The notes under the pieces: model-generated
The model's database searches: none
What the model was told of the DNA's origin: nothing
What the model saw: the letters and a program-made list of their open reading frames with translations, nothing else
NCBI GenBank assembly: GCA_963797555.1
Contig: CAWCPV010000016.1
Span: forward strand, 1 to 64,000
Length of the DNA: 64,000 nucleotides
From: an uncultured Gammaproteobacteria bacterium
GTDB taxonomy: Bacteria > Pseudomonadota > Gammaproteobacteria > CAWCPV01
Reading direction: 5' to 3'
Shown: positions 29,901 through 38,489 of the stretch, one piece after another
How the letters are laid out: each line of letters starts with the position of its first letter
Position numbering within the stretch: position 1 is the first letter of the stretch
Translations under genes and position numbers: made by a program

Positions 29901-30781
29901 GGAAGCGAATCCGTTCTGTGATGGGCGTGCGGTACACCACACCCTGCCGAGCTGAAGGGGAGGAAGTACCGAGGCTGGTAGAAGAAGTCGAACTGCACAG
30001 GTCCCCATTCTAACTCAGGGAGGTAGCCGCGGTTTTGTCGGGGCTCGCCGAGCTGCGACCGATACAGCGCGGGTCAGCGACGGCCGGAGGTTCGAGACAC
30101 CACCCTGGCCACCCTATCACGGGGAGGGACAGGGTGCGGGTCGAGAGCCGAGGCTTCTCCCAAGCGCTGGGCGGGCTGTTCTCGGCCATGAAAACCGGGG
30201 GCTTCTTCGGGGCCGACTGCGGATAACGCAAACAGACGCTGCCGGTGCAGACCAGCGCTCGCCGACCCCCCATCCGCCGATCCGGCGGGGCACCGGGCTC
30301 AGACAGTGCTCGCCGACGCCCCCCGTGAAGCTGCGCGTCCTCGGCGGCGCACAAGGGACCGGAACGCGCCCGCCGTGGTCCGGCCCCACCTTCTCGCGGC
30401 ACCTGGGCGCCGACGCCTTGTGCTTTATACCGGCATGAGCCGCGTCGGCATCCTGCTCGGTCGCCGCGCGCCGTTTGCAGGCAGGTGCGGCCGCCGGTCC
30501 CCGCTGGCCCGGGCATCGAGCCGCGCCGGCAAACCGCGCACCCGGCTTGACAGCCCGTATCGCGCTCGTCAGACTCTCGCTGGAGAGCCAAGCGCTCCCT
30601 CCGGGGGAGTGCGGGCAAGCCTCCTCCTCGGGAGGGCGGCCGAAGGGTGGCGGACCAGACCACCGGGAGGCACATGGGAGGCCATCGCAGAGGACCAGGC
30701 ACCGTGGCGCGGTCGACGACATCGGACCGCGGTGGGAGGCCGCGTGTTGAGCGGAACGACCTTCCCCGTAAACGCCTGCGA

Positions 30782-30996
30782 GGATAGACGGACAATGTCC
30801 GCCTATCCCCGGAAGGGACGCCTGGCGTGCCGGGCCTCGTCAGTGTCGCGTGTCATGCAAGTGGCTGTTCGTCCAAGCGAATCACTCGCTCGGAAGCGAA
30901 CTGGGGAGTCCGGCGGCCGGGGCCCGGTCCTGCGGGATAGGCGGACAATGTCCGTGTTTAAACACGGACAACGTCCGTCTACTCATATGTTAGGGC
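30782..30996 (+). promoter_or_regulatory. Integron attI-like region
   Basis: Core GTTAGGGC (30989-30996) is complementary to GCCCTAAC at the end of cassette 1. Three CGGACAA(T/C)GTCCG palindromic repeats upstream (30789, 30942, 30965). No attC-like structure before it. Confidence 0.7.
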
Positions 30997-31017
30997 GATC
31001 AAGAGAAGGGACGTAAT

Positions 31018-31623
31018 GTGACAACACTAGATAAAGAACGACCCGCACAAGACATCGATCCCGATCCGCTTTCCGCATTGGTGATCGCACTTGGTGCCGT
31101 CGGATCCATTGCCTCTATCTATGCCGTAGTGGACTCAAGAGTTTCGAAATACAGGCAAGAGCGCCAAGCCAATTGCAATGCTATTCGTGATGCCGTGATG
31201 GGGGTGGAGACATCACTCAATGAGCTACGAGGGTACGTTAAGTCTCTCGAAATCAGCTTCTTGACGGGAACCCAGTCAAGATCGCCTGATCGAAACTCGA
31301 TGTTGTCGATGGCTCAGTTCGGAAGCGTTCGACTCGTTTTTACAAGAGATCGATACGAGAGATGGCGAGAGATCGAAGAGGGAATACTTGTCGCCGTTGG
31401 TAGGATGAATAAACATGTGAACGACTTGATTCGCCATTTTGCCACGTCTGATATTGCTTTACCTAGCGAAATCGCCAGCCGACTACAGAATACAATTGGT
31501 CGCATGAATGAAATACTTTCACGGAATGAGTCAAATGCATTTCGAACGGTTGTTCGGCCTCTTGGAGGCGGTAATGGGAGAATGCATGGAAGTTATGGGC
31601 CGATTCAGAATGACCATATATGA
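31018..31623 (+). CDS. Integron cassette 1: hypothetical protein with N-terminal TM helix
   Basis: Lower GC, lies between the attI-like site and attC1. Possible frameshift near 31520; the alternative frame ends at 31636. Confidence 0.75.
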   Translation: MTTLDKERPAQDIDPDPLSALVIALGAVGSIASIYAVVDSRVSKYRQERQANCNAIRDAVMGVETSLNELRGYVKSLEISFLTGTQSRSPDRNSMLSMAQFGSVRLVFTRDRYERWREIEEGILVAVGRMNKHVNDLIRHFATSDIALPSEIASRLQNTIGRMNEILSRNESNAFRTVVRPLGGGNGRMHGSYGPIQNDHI

Positions 31624-31638
31624 GATCTGCAGATGAAG

Positions 31639-31701
31639 CCCTAACCAGGCGCTCCAGCGGACCGCTCCTAACGTCGCGGCCGCTGAGCTTTATCGTTATG
31701 C
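31639..31701 (+). other. attC site 1
   Basis: CCCTAAC...GCTCCAGCGG...CCGCTGAGC...GTTATGC; imperfect palindrome with an extra-helical base. Confidence 0.9.
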
Positions 31702-31727
31702 TCTAGAGAAGCGCACAGGAACAAGGG

Positions 31728-32372
31728 ATGAACCTCACTGTTGAAGCTCTTAACGTTTTGCTGCTCCTTCTTCCGGGTTTTCTGTCCGGCCAGCTCTTTT
31801 ATTCTCTTTTCCGCCCGGGCGAAGTATCAATTTCTCAACGACTTCTTGACGCGTTGCTCTTTTCCTTCGTGGTGTATCTATTGGTATCATTGCTTGCAGA
31901 TTGGGAACCTCTTGCACAGGTGTCAAGGTCCGGCGGCAAATTGTCTTACCAATTCTCGAGTAACCCAAAGGTCATCCTTATATCTTTAGCTGCCGTAATA
32001 TCTATCCCGGTGTTTGGCGGATTCATCTATTTCAACGATCATCTTCATCGGCTACTTCGCAAGCTAAAGATTACAACGAAAACCTCACGCTCAAATACTT
32101 GGAACGACGCTTTCGTTACGCAAGACCGATACGTCATAGTAACGCTGAAAGACGGGCGTAGAATACGGGGATATCCGACAATGTTTTCAAACGACCCAGA
32201 GGAAGGGTTCGTATATCTTTATAACCCCGCTTGGGTTAATGACGATAAATCTCATGATGAGGAGCCAGATTATTTTGAATCGATTTGTCATGGCTTCCTT
32301 TTGAACAGAGATAACATTGACTTGATCGAGTTTACATTGGATCCTGGAGAAACACTAACTGCCACACAATAG
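31728..32372 (+). CDS. Integron cassette 2 ORF A: DUF6338-like membrane protein
   Basis: LLLLLPGF N-terminus, 3 TM helices, then TWNDAF...YVIVTLKDGRRIRG soluble domain. Confidence 0.78.
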   Translation: MNLTVEALNVLLLLLPGFLSGQLFYSLFRPGEVSISQRLLDALLFSFVVYLLVSLLADWEPLAQVSRSGGKLSYQFSSNPKVILISLAAVISIPVFGGFIYFNDHLHRLLRKLKITTKTSRSNTWNDAFVTQDRYVIVTLKDGRRIRGYPTMFSNDPEEGFVYLYNPAWVNDDKSHDEEPDYFESICHGFLLNRDNIDLIEFTLDPGETLTATQ

Positions 32373-32381
32373 GTGCGTGCT

Positions 32382-32510
32382 ATGAGAGAACGCAAGCCAG
32401 AGAAACCGACTGATCCAAGAGAACATGTAAGAGGCGAGGTAAAGCCTATTCGCTATGAACGGCCGGCGGAGAGACCTAAACCAACGCCGAACCCTCCCAA
32501 GAAAAAGTAG
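32382..32510 (+). CDS. Integron cassette 2 ORF B: 42-aa Pro/Lys/Arg-rich peptide (absent from the ORF track)
   Basis: AGGTG RBS; MRERKPEKPTDPREHVRGEVKPIRYERPAERPKPTPNPPKKK; stop codon 1 nt before attC2. Confidence 0.65.
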   Translation: MRERKPEKPTDPREHVRGEVKPIRYERPAERPKPTPNPPKKK

Positions 32511-32511
32511 C

Positions 32512-32599
32512 GCATAACAAGGCACTACAGCCGACGCGGGAAAGGCTAGCGGTTCTTCTGCTGGCACAGTGGGCGCGCGGCTGAGTTTGGACGTTAGAC
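32512..32599 (+). other. attC site 2
   Basis: GCATAAC (complement of the cassette start GTTATGC)...CAGCCG...CGGCTGAG...GTTAGAC. Confidence 0.9.
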
Positions 32600-32615
32600 G
32601 ACCGGGGGCACTTGT

Positions 32616-33197
32616 ATGTCATGGGAAGATAGCGCACCAATCGAACGACCATGCCCTTGCGGCACAGGGCAGTATGCCGTAATCGGACGCTCCGACGACT
32701 GGAACCGTTATGAGGAGCGATGGGAAATGCACTGCCCATCATGCAAAGAAAAATATGGTTTGTACGCCAGCAACTACAGTCGCAAAGGCATTCCATCCAC
32801 ATATCGCTGTTGGCTTCCGCGCCTACGTCTGAAAGAGTTGTCGGTTGCAGCCGAAGAGCTTGAGCAAGCGAAAAAAGCCCTGTCCGTTTATGCTACGGCA
32901 CACTACCAAGAACACTGGAACACGCACTTCATCGGTAAGGCGAAAAAGGCTATATGGCGCGAGCTTACGGAAGACGGAAAACACTACCCAAGTCTTCCTA
33001 CCTTCTATCTGCACGTCCGCGAGTCGAGCTTGGAACGACAACTTGCGCGATACTTCGACTATCGCGAATTACCAACCGTAGTGCGAGTGCTACAACTGAG
33101 CGCTTCTGAACTACATTCGCGCATCGAGCAGGTTCGTGAATTGGAGCACTTATTGGAAGAGAGTCATAGTAATGCGCGTCAGCAAGCGTTCGTCTAA
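32616..33197 (+). CDS. Integron cassette 3: hypothetical protein with N-terminal zinc-ribbon-like motif
   Basis: CPCG...CPSC; stop TAA lies inside the attC3 GTCTAAC box. Confidence 0.8.
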   Translation: MSWEDSAPIERPCPCGTGQYAVIGRSDDWNRYEERWEMHCPSCKEKYGLYASNYSRKGIPSTYRCWLPRLRLKELSVAAEELEQAKKALSVYATAHYQEHWNTHFIGKAKKAIWRELTEDGKHYPSLPTFYLHVRESSLERQLARYFDYRELPTVVRVLQLSASELHSRIEQVRELEHLLEESHSNARQQAFV

Positions 33198-33254
33198 CCC
33201 TACGCTCAAGCGGGACTGCGCAAAAGCGCGCGGCCCCTTAGCTTCACGTTAGGT
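33192..33254 (+). other. attC site 3
   Basis: GTCTAAC...GCTCAAGCGGG...CCCCTTAGC...GTTAGGT. Confidence 0.9.
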
Positions 33255-33267
33255 GTCTGGAGAACGC

Positions 33268-34113
33268 GTGACGAAAACCAAACTTCTCTTCGTAGACGAC
33301 GAAGCGTATCAATCACGGCTCTACAGCGATGCGCTGCTGGACGGTGGTTTCGACGTGCAGATTGCGGAGTCGGTCGATGAGGCACTCGAACTTGCCCGGT
33401 CCGATTCGTTCGACCTCATCCTGCTTGACGTTATGATGCCTTCTGGGTCGTTCTTCGAGGAGACGGAAACCGCGGGTGGGTTCACGACAGGGAAAGCTCT
33501 GGCACGGGAACTCGCCGAGATTCAGCCAGAGGCGAAGATCGTGGCCTTCACCAATTCGCGTGATCCCGAGATTGATGCGTGGTTCACGAAGGATGACACC
33601 GTTGCGTATATCCAGAAGCAAAACGTCTTGTACGATGAGCTGCCTCGAACTCTTCGCAAGGTCTTGCACCAAGGCGCTGAACCGCCGCAGGTCTTCATCG
33701 TTCATGGTCACGACCGGACAACCTTGCTGGAGTTCAAGAACTTCTTGCAGAACCGGCTAGGCCTGCCTGAGCCGTATATCTTCTCAGAGCAACCGAGTCG
33801 TGGGCTGACATTGATCGAGAAGTTCGAGAAGTACGCCGCAGAAGCGGATCTTGTCTTTGTCCTCCTCACTCCAGACGACCTCGGAGGCCCAGTGGATTCC
33901 GGTACTTCCAGCGCGCGGCCACGCCCAAACGTCGTCTTCGAGTACGGGTACTTCCTTGGGTCTCTTCAACGTCACAGTGGCCGCGTCTTCCTGCTCAAGA
34001 AGGGCGAGCCTGAGGTTCCGTCTGACATCACCGGGATCGTCTACGTGGATATCACGGACGGAATCGAAGCAGCCGCGGAAAGCCTGCGAAGGGAGCTGGA
34101 AGAGTGGCTGTAG
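33268..34113 (+). CDS. Integron cassette 4: receiver domain fused to a CAP12/Pycsar-type TIR domain
   Basis: REC domain (FVDDE, LLDVMMP, AFT, K) then QVFIVHGHD...IEKFE...LLTPDD...RPNVVFEYGYF...PSDITG. Confidence 0.88.
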   Translation: MTKTKLLFVDDEAYQSRLYSDALLDGGFDVQIAESVDEALELARSDSFDLILLDVMMPSGSFFEETETAGGFTTGKALARELAEIQPEAKIVAFTNSRDPEIDAWFTKDDTVAYIQKQNVLYDELPRTLRKVLHQGAEPPQVFIVHGHDRTTLLEFKNFLQNRLGLPEPYIFSEQPSRGLTLIEKFEKYAAEADLVFVLLTPDDLGGPVDSGTSSARPRPNVVFEYGYFLGSLQRHSGRVFLLKKGEPEVPSDITGIVYVDITDGIEAAAESLRRELEEWL

Positions 34114-34189
34114 GCCAGACACCTCTCAAGAAATACACTGCAAGCCGTTGATTTTTAATGGGTGAATTTTGGGTGTGTTTCTTCCATAC

Positions 34190-34690
34190 GCCTCCGCGGT
34201 AGGGACGCCGGTTACCCGGCGCCCCCCGCACAGACCCCGGCGTGCAGTTTTTCCGCACCGGGTTCCTCGGTTGCACTCGCTGGCGCGCAAGGTGCAGCCG
34301 TCAAGCGAACACCCTCCGCCGACTGACCTCGGTGATGCGGGGACGCTCTACCTGCATGCGCTCAAGGGCTTGGACGAAGGTCGCCCAGTGGAAGCTGCGC
34401 CGCTTGCCACCGCGCCGGTTGAGCCACTTGAACGTACAACGGATGGCCCAGTCAAAGAAGCGGTAGAGCGCAGCCGAGTTGCCCCGAACACCATAGTAGT
34501 GGTAGTGCCCCCGTAGCCTGCGGTTCAGGCCGGCGAAGAACTCACGCCCCGGCAGATGCCGGTGGTCCCTGATCCATGTCTTGATGCGCCGGCACGCCGC
34601 CTGCAACTTCTTGCGGGCAGTGCGCCGTTTCACCCGCACCACACCTTGTCGGTCGGGCATCCAGTAGAACTCGAAGCCCAGAATGGTGAA
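34190..34690 (-). mobile_element. 3' fragment of a group II intron (RT/maturase C-terminus, domains V and VI)
   Basis: FTILGFEFYW...LNRRLRGHYHYYG maturase; DV GAACCCGGTGCGGAAAAACTGCACGCCGGGGTC; DVI GGGGCGCCGGGTAACCGGCGTCCCTAC. Confidence 0.9.
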
Positions 34691-34709
34691 ATGGGGTCAG
34701 TCTCCATTT
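34689..34709. repeat. REP-like palindrome
   Basis: AAATGGGGTCAGTCTCCATTT at the junction between the intron and enolase fragments. Confidence 0.5.
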
Positions 34710-35070
34710 ATAGCGAAAAGGATCGCCTCGGCCAGCGTGGGTGCGCCGATGGGCACCACCATGAACTCCTGGATGTCGACGTTGTTCGCCGCGTGCAGCC
34801 CGCCGTTCAGGATGTTCATCATCGGCACCGGCATTTGGAACGGACCCTTCCCGCCCAAATAGGCATACAGCGGCACCCCGGTCTGCAGCGCGGCTGCCCG
34901 GGCGCAGGCCATGGACGCTCCCAGGATCGCGTCGCGCCGAGGCGCTCCTGGTGCTCCGGCGTCCAGCTCCAGCAGCCTACGGTCGATGGATCCTGGTCAG
35001 CCACCTCCGTGCCGACGAGCGCACGCCGTATCTCGCCGCGAATGTGGCCGACCGCCGTCAGCACCCCCCT
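34710..35070 (-). pseudogene. eno: Enolase internal fragment
   Basis: SMACARAAA...PLYAYLGG...[27 protein letters not shown]; frameshifted and truncated at both ends. Confidence 0.85.
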
Positions 35071-35084
35071 GCCGCATCAGCGCA

Positions 35085-35300
35085 CTAATGGGGCTTGAAC
35101 GCCTCCTGGACCTTCTCCGCCCAGAAGGTCATGTCGGGGTGCTGTGCACGCAGATCCTCGGCGCGTTTCTTGGCCTCTCCGTACGTCATCACTTGGTCGT
35201 GGTACTTGCCGGCCTCGAACTGGTACTTGGACCTCCAGGCCACTACGTACCCAGGATCGCTGTCCTGGACGGGCTTCATGCTGTCGTAGACCGCCGTCAT
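35085..35300 (-). CDS. Small hypothetical protein (71 aa)
   Basis: RBS AGGAGA then MTAVYDSMKP...FKPH; host-like codon usage. Confidence 0.7.
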   Translation of the reverse strand: MTAVYDSMKPVQDSDPGYVVAWRSKYQFEAGKYHDQVMTYGEAKKRAEDLRAQHPDMTFWAEKVQEAFKPH

Positions 35301-35791
35301 CGCTCTTCTCCTTTGCCTCGATGAATACCGAGCCGGCCATGGCGATGTTCGCCACGCCGGAACATGAAAACGGTTGCGCCGCCGCGAACCGGCACCCTCA
35401 TCTGACCCGCGGCATCTCTGCACGGTCGTGGAGACGGGAGCGGCTGCTCCATTCCCCACTCTACGGGGAAGGTTTGGGGGAGTCCTCGGGCGAAGGGGAC
35501 AAAGAGCGCCTGCAGCGTTTGCCGCCATGACGACGCCGACCTCGGCGATCGCAGCCCAATCGCACCCCGAACTACACCCACCAAGCTCGTTATTGTAACG
35601 GTCGCCCGAGGCTCGGAAAACACTTCCAGCGCCGCGACCGGACCCCGCTGCGGCCGGACGGCCCCCCGCCACGCGGTTGCACGCCCGTTGGACGAGTCCG
35701 GTATCGAGTCGCGCATCATCGGGGTATCGCCCCCGTTGGAATGGATCAGTAACCCTGGCGGGTCGGGCGCCGGATGAGGCCGGAGCTTGGA

Positions 35792-36784
35792 TCAACGCCC
35801 GGCGATGCGGTCAGACAGGATCCCCGCGGCGGTCGCGAAATAGTCCGAGCGGTTCCACTTGAGCAGAGCGCGGTAGTTGTCATAGACCGCGTAGGCCGCA
35901 CCGTCCGCACCGCCGGGCTGCACTATCGACGTCGGCAGGTCGGCAGGAGGCAGGGCACCCCCGTTGGCTCGGCGCACTCCCAGGGCACGCCATGCATCGA
36001 GGGGCCGGACCTGGTCGCGTCCGATGAGGCCATGATCGAATCCCTTGGGCAGGCGTACTTGGCGTCCCCAGGTCTGATTCGAGCGCCAGCCGAGATGCTT
36101 CAGATAATTGGCTGCGGAAGCGAATACGTCGGCTTTCGTTGCCCAGAGGTCGCGGCGCCCGTCGCCATCTTGGTCCACGGCGTAACGCCGAAAGCTCGAC
36201 GGCATGAACTGCACCTGCCCCATGGCGCCGGCCCACGACCCGGTCATGCGCTCCACCGGAATAGCATCCTCATCGAGGATGTGCAGGGCGTCGAGCAGCT
36301 CGCGCCTGAAGTAGGCGGCCCGCCGCCCGTCGTACGCCAGGGTGACCAGAGCCCCGATCACGGGGAAGCTGCCGGTCAGCCGGCCGTAGTCGCTCTCGAT
36401 CCCCCAGAGGGCCACGATGAACCGGGGCTGAACGCCATACTCCGCGCCGACACGTTCGAGCAGCCCGCGGTTCTCCCGGAGCATCCTGCGCCCGACCTCC
36501 ACTCGGCTGTCCGGGACGACCCGCTGCAGATACTCCTGGAAGGTGAGGGTAAACTCCGGTTGTGCCCGGTCCAGCTCGATGACGCGGGGAACTGGAGAAA
36601 GCCCCGTCAGGGCCGTCTCCAACGTATGAGCCGAGACGCCGGCGCGCAAAGCGTCCTTACGCAGCTCCTGGAGCCAGCCGGCGAACGGCTGCGAGGACGC
36701 CTGTGCCTCCGGTCCCGACGGGGGCAGCGGCAGCATCGCGCAGGCCGCAAGAAATGCACAGAAACGCCGTGCTCCATAAGTCAC
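35792..36784 (-). CDS. Lytic murein transglycosylase (MltB/SLT_2 family)
   Basis: ALWGIESDYG, GSWAGAMGQVQFMPSSF and WNRSDYFA motifs. Confidence 0.93.
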   Translation of the reverse strand: MTYGARRFCAFLAACAMLPLPPSGPEAQASSQPFAGWLQELRKDALRAGVSAHTLETALTGLSPVPRVIELDRAQPEFTLTFQEYLQRVVPDSRVEVGRRMLRENRGLLERVGAEYGVQPRFIVALWGIESDYGRLTGSFPVIGALVTLAYDGRRAAYFRRELLDALHILDEDAIPVERMTGSWAGAMGQVQFMPSSFRRYAVDQDGDGRRDLWATKADVFASAANYLKHLGWRSNQTWGRQVRLPKGFDHGLIGRDQVRPLDAWRALGVRRANGGALPPADLPTSIVQPGGADGAAYAVYDNYRALLKWNRSDYFATAAGILSDRIAGR

Positions 36785-37423
36785 TTTAGCGGTCCCTACC
36801 TTCGCGGCCGCTTATGTTCCCACGCACGCCGCTCCCTGGGTAGGCACCGCAGAACCAGCCACGAGCGGCTTGCGGCACGTGTTGCCTCCCGGCATCATGC
36901 GTATCCGCCATGCCGGCTCTTGGCTAACCGCTGCCGTGCCGAGCGCCTGCCACGCTGCCGGTCGCTGCTCGGTCAGCCGGCGCCCGCACGGGCCGCGGCC
37001 CCCTGTCGTCCTCGCCCAACCTTGACCCCTCCACGGGACCTTTGCCATAGTGCATCGGGGGGAAACACTACACCACACCGAGAGCGGGGAGCGGTCCATG
37101 CACTACATGTCCACTGGACAAGCCGGACTCAGAGGGGCCCGAGCGCCGGACGGCCGAAGGTCAAGGCGCAGCAACAGGTGGCCCGAGCCGCCCCATCTGG
37201 GTCGGTGGCAAGGACCGCAAGGAGGTCGACCTCGATACGTCCGTCCGCGCCCTGGGCCCGCTGAGAGCGCGCGGGCCGAGCTATCCGTCATGGACATGTG
37301 GAATGCCTTTCGCAACTCGCGGGGCGCAATGCCCCTAAAGGCGCGCATCGTGTTCGGCCAGCGGCAACGACCGCTCCTACCTCGAGGGCCAGCGGGGCAA
37401 GTGATGGTCCCTTCGAACCCGTG

Positions 37424-38482
37424 ATGGGCCGGGCGGATAGCGACCCTCTTGGCGGCGGACTCCGCCCGAGGCGGAGCCGGCGTGTCCTGCCTTTGCTAGC
37501 CAAGGGCATGGTGGCCACGGTCGTGGCCACGGGGACCGCTTGGGGGATTCTCGCCCTGTGGTTCGACGGACCCGAGCCGCGCTGGCTGGCGGGCGCTCTC
37601 GCCGGCATCTATGGGGTCGGTACTTTGGCGGTTCTGGCGCTGGTGCGGCCTTTCTGGCGCGCCGCAGCCATAACGGCCGCGGCGCTGCTGGTCCTGATGG
37701 GATGGTGGCTGTCCATTCCGCCGAGCAACGACCGGGCCTGGTACCCGGACGTCGCCCGGCTCGCCACCGCGACCATCAACGGCAATCTCCTCACCGTTCA
37801 CAACGTGCGCGACTTCGACTATCGGTCGGAGACCGACTACGACGAGCATTGGGAGACCAGGACTTACGATCTGAACAAGCTCCTGGGGGTCGACCTGTTC
37901 CTCTCGTACTGGGGCTCGCCCGTCATCGCCCATACCATCGCGAGCTGGGAGTTCGCCGACCAACCACCGCTCGCCATCTCCATCGAGGCGCGCAAGGCCG
38001 TGGGGCAGTCCTACTCGGCCGTGCGCGGATTTTTCAGGCAGTACATGCTCTACTACGTGGTCGCCGACGAGCGCGACGTGATCCGACTGCGCACCAACCA
38101 CCGAGGCGAGGAGGTGTACCTCTACCGGATCAAGATGCCGTTGGACCACGCCCGCGCGCTCCTGCTGCAATATATGTCCGACATCAACCACCTCGCCGAG
38201 CACCCGCGCTGGTACAACGCCCTCACACAGAGCTGCACGACTACCATCCGCTATCACCTCAAGCACATTGGACCAACCAGACCGTGGAACTGGCGCATCC
38301 TGGTGAACGGCTATCTCGACGAGCTGATGTACCAGCGGGCTACTATCGATACCAGCCTCCCCTTCCGGGAGCTACGCGCCCGCAGCGACATCACGGCGAA
38401 GGCGAAGGCCGCCGACCAGGACGCCGGCTTCTCCCGGCGCATCCGGGAGGGGCTTCCGACACCTTGGCCGTTCAAGTCGTGA
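37424..38482 (+). CDS. DUF4105 (Lnb N-terminal-like) membrane protein
   Basis: 3 TM helices; IAHTIASW and WYNALTQSCTT motifs. Start codon uncertain. Confidence 0.82.
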   Translation: MGRADSDPLGGGLRPRRSRRVLPLLAKGMVATVVATGTAWGILALWFDGPEPRWLAGALAGIYGVGTLAVLALVRPFWRAAAITAAALLVLMGWWLSIPPSNDRAWYPDVARLATATINGNLLTVHNVRDFDYRSETDYDEHWETRTYDLNKLLGVDLFLSYWGSPVIAHTIASWEFADQPPLAISIEARKAVGQSYSAVRGFFRQYMLYYVVADERDVIRLRTNHRGEEVYLYRIKMPLDHARALLLQYMSDINHLAEHPRWYNALTQSCTTTIRYHLKHIGPTRPWNWRILVNGYLDELMYQRATIDTSLPFRELRARSDITAKAKAADQDAGFSRRIREGLPTPWPFKS

Positions 38483-38489
38483 GCCGCAA

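Noticed and set aside
30010-30795. Integron integrase expected upstream of attI
   Set aside because: No tyrosine recombinase motifs are recognisable in the listed ORFs, which look like GC-rich noise.
30782-30980. CRISPR array from the CGGACAATGTCCG repeats
   Set aside because: Only three 13-bp copies with irregular spacing, and no cas genes.
34301-34690. Retron, DGR or defence-associated reverse transcriptase
   Set aside because: It is a maturase C-terminus followed by group II intron domains V and VI.
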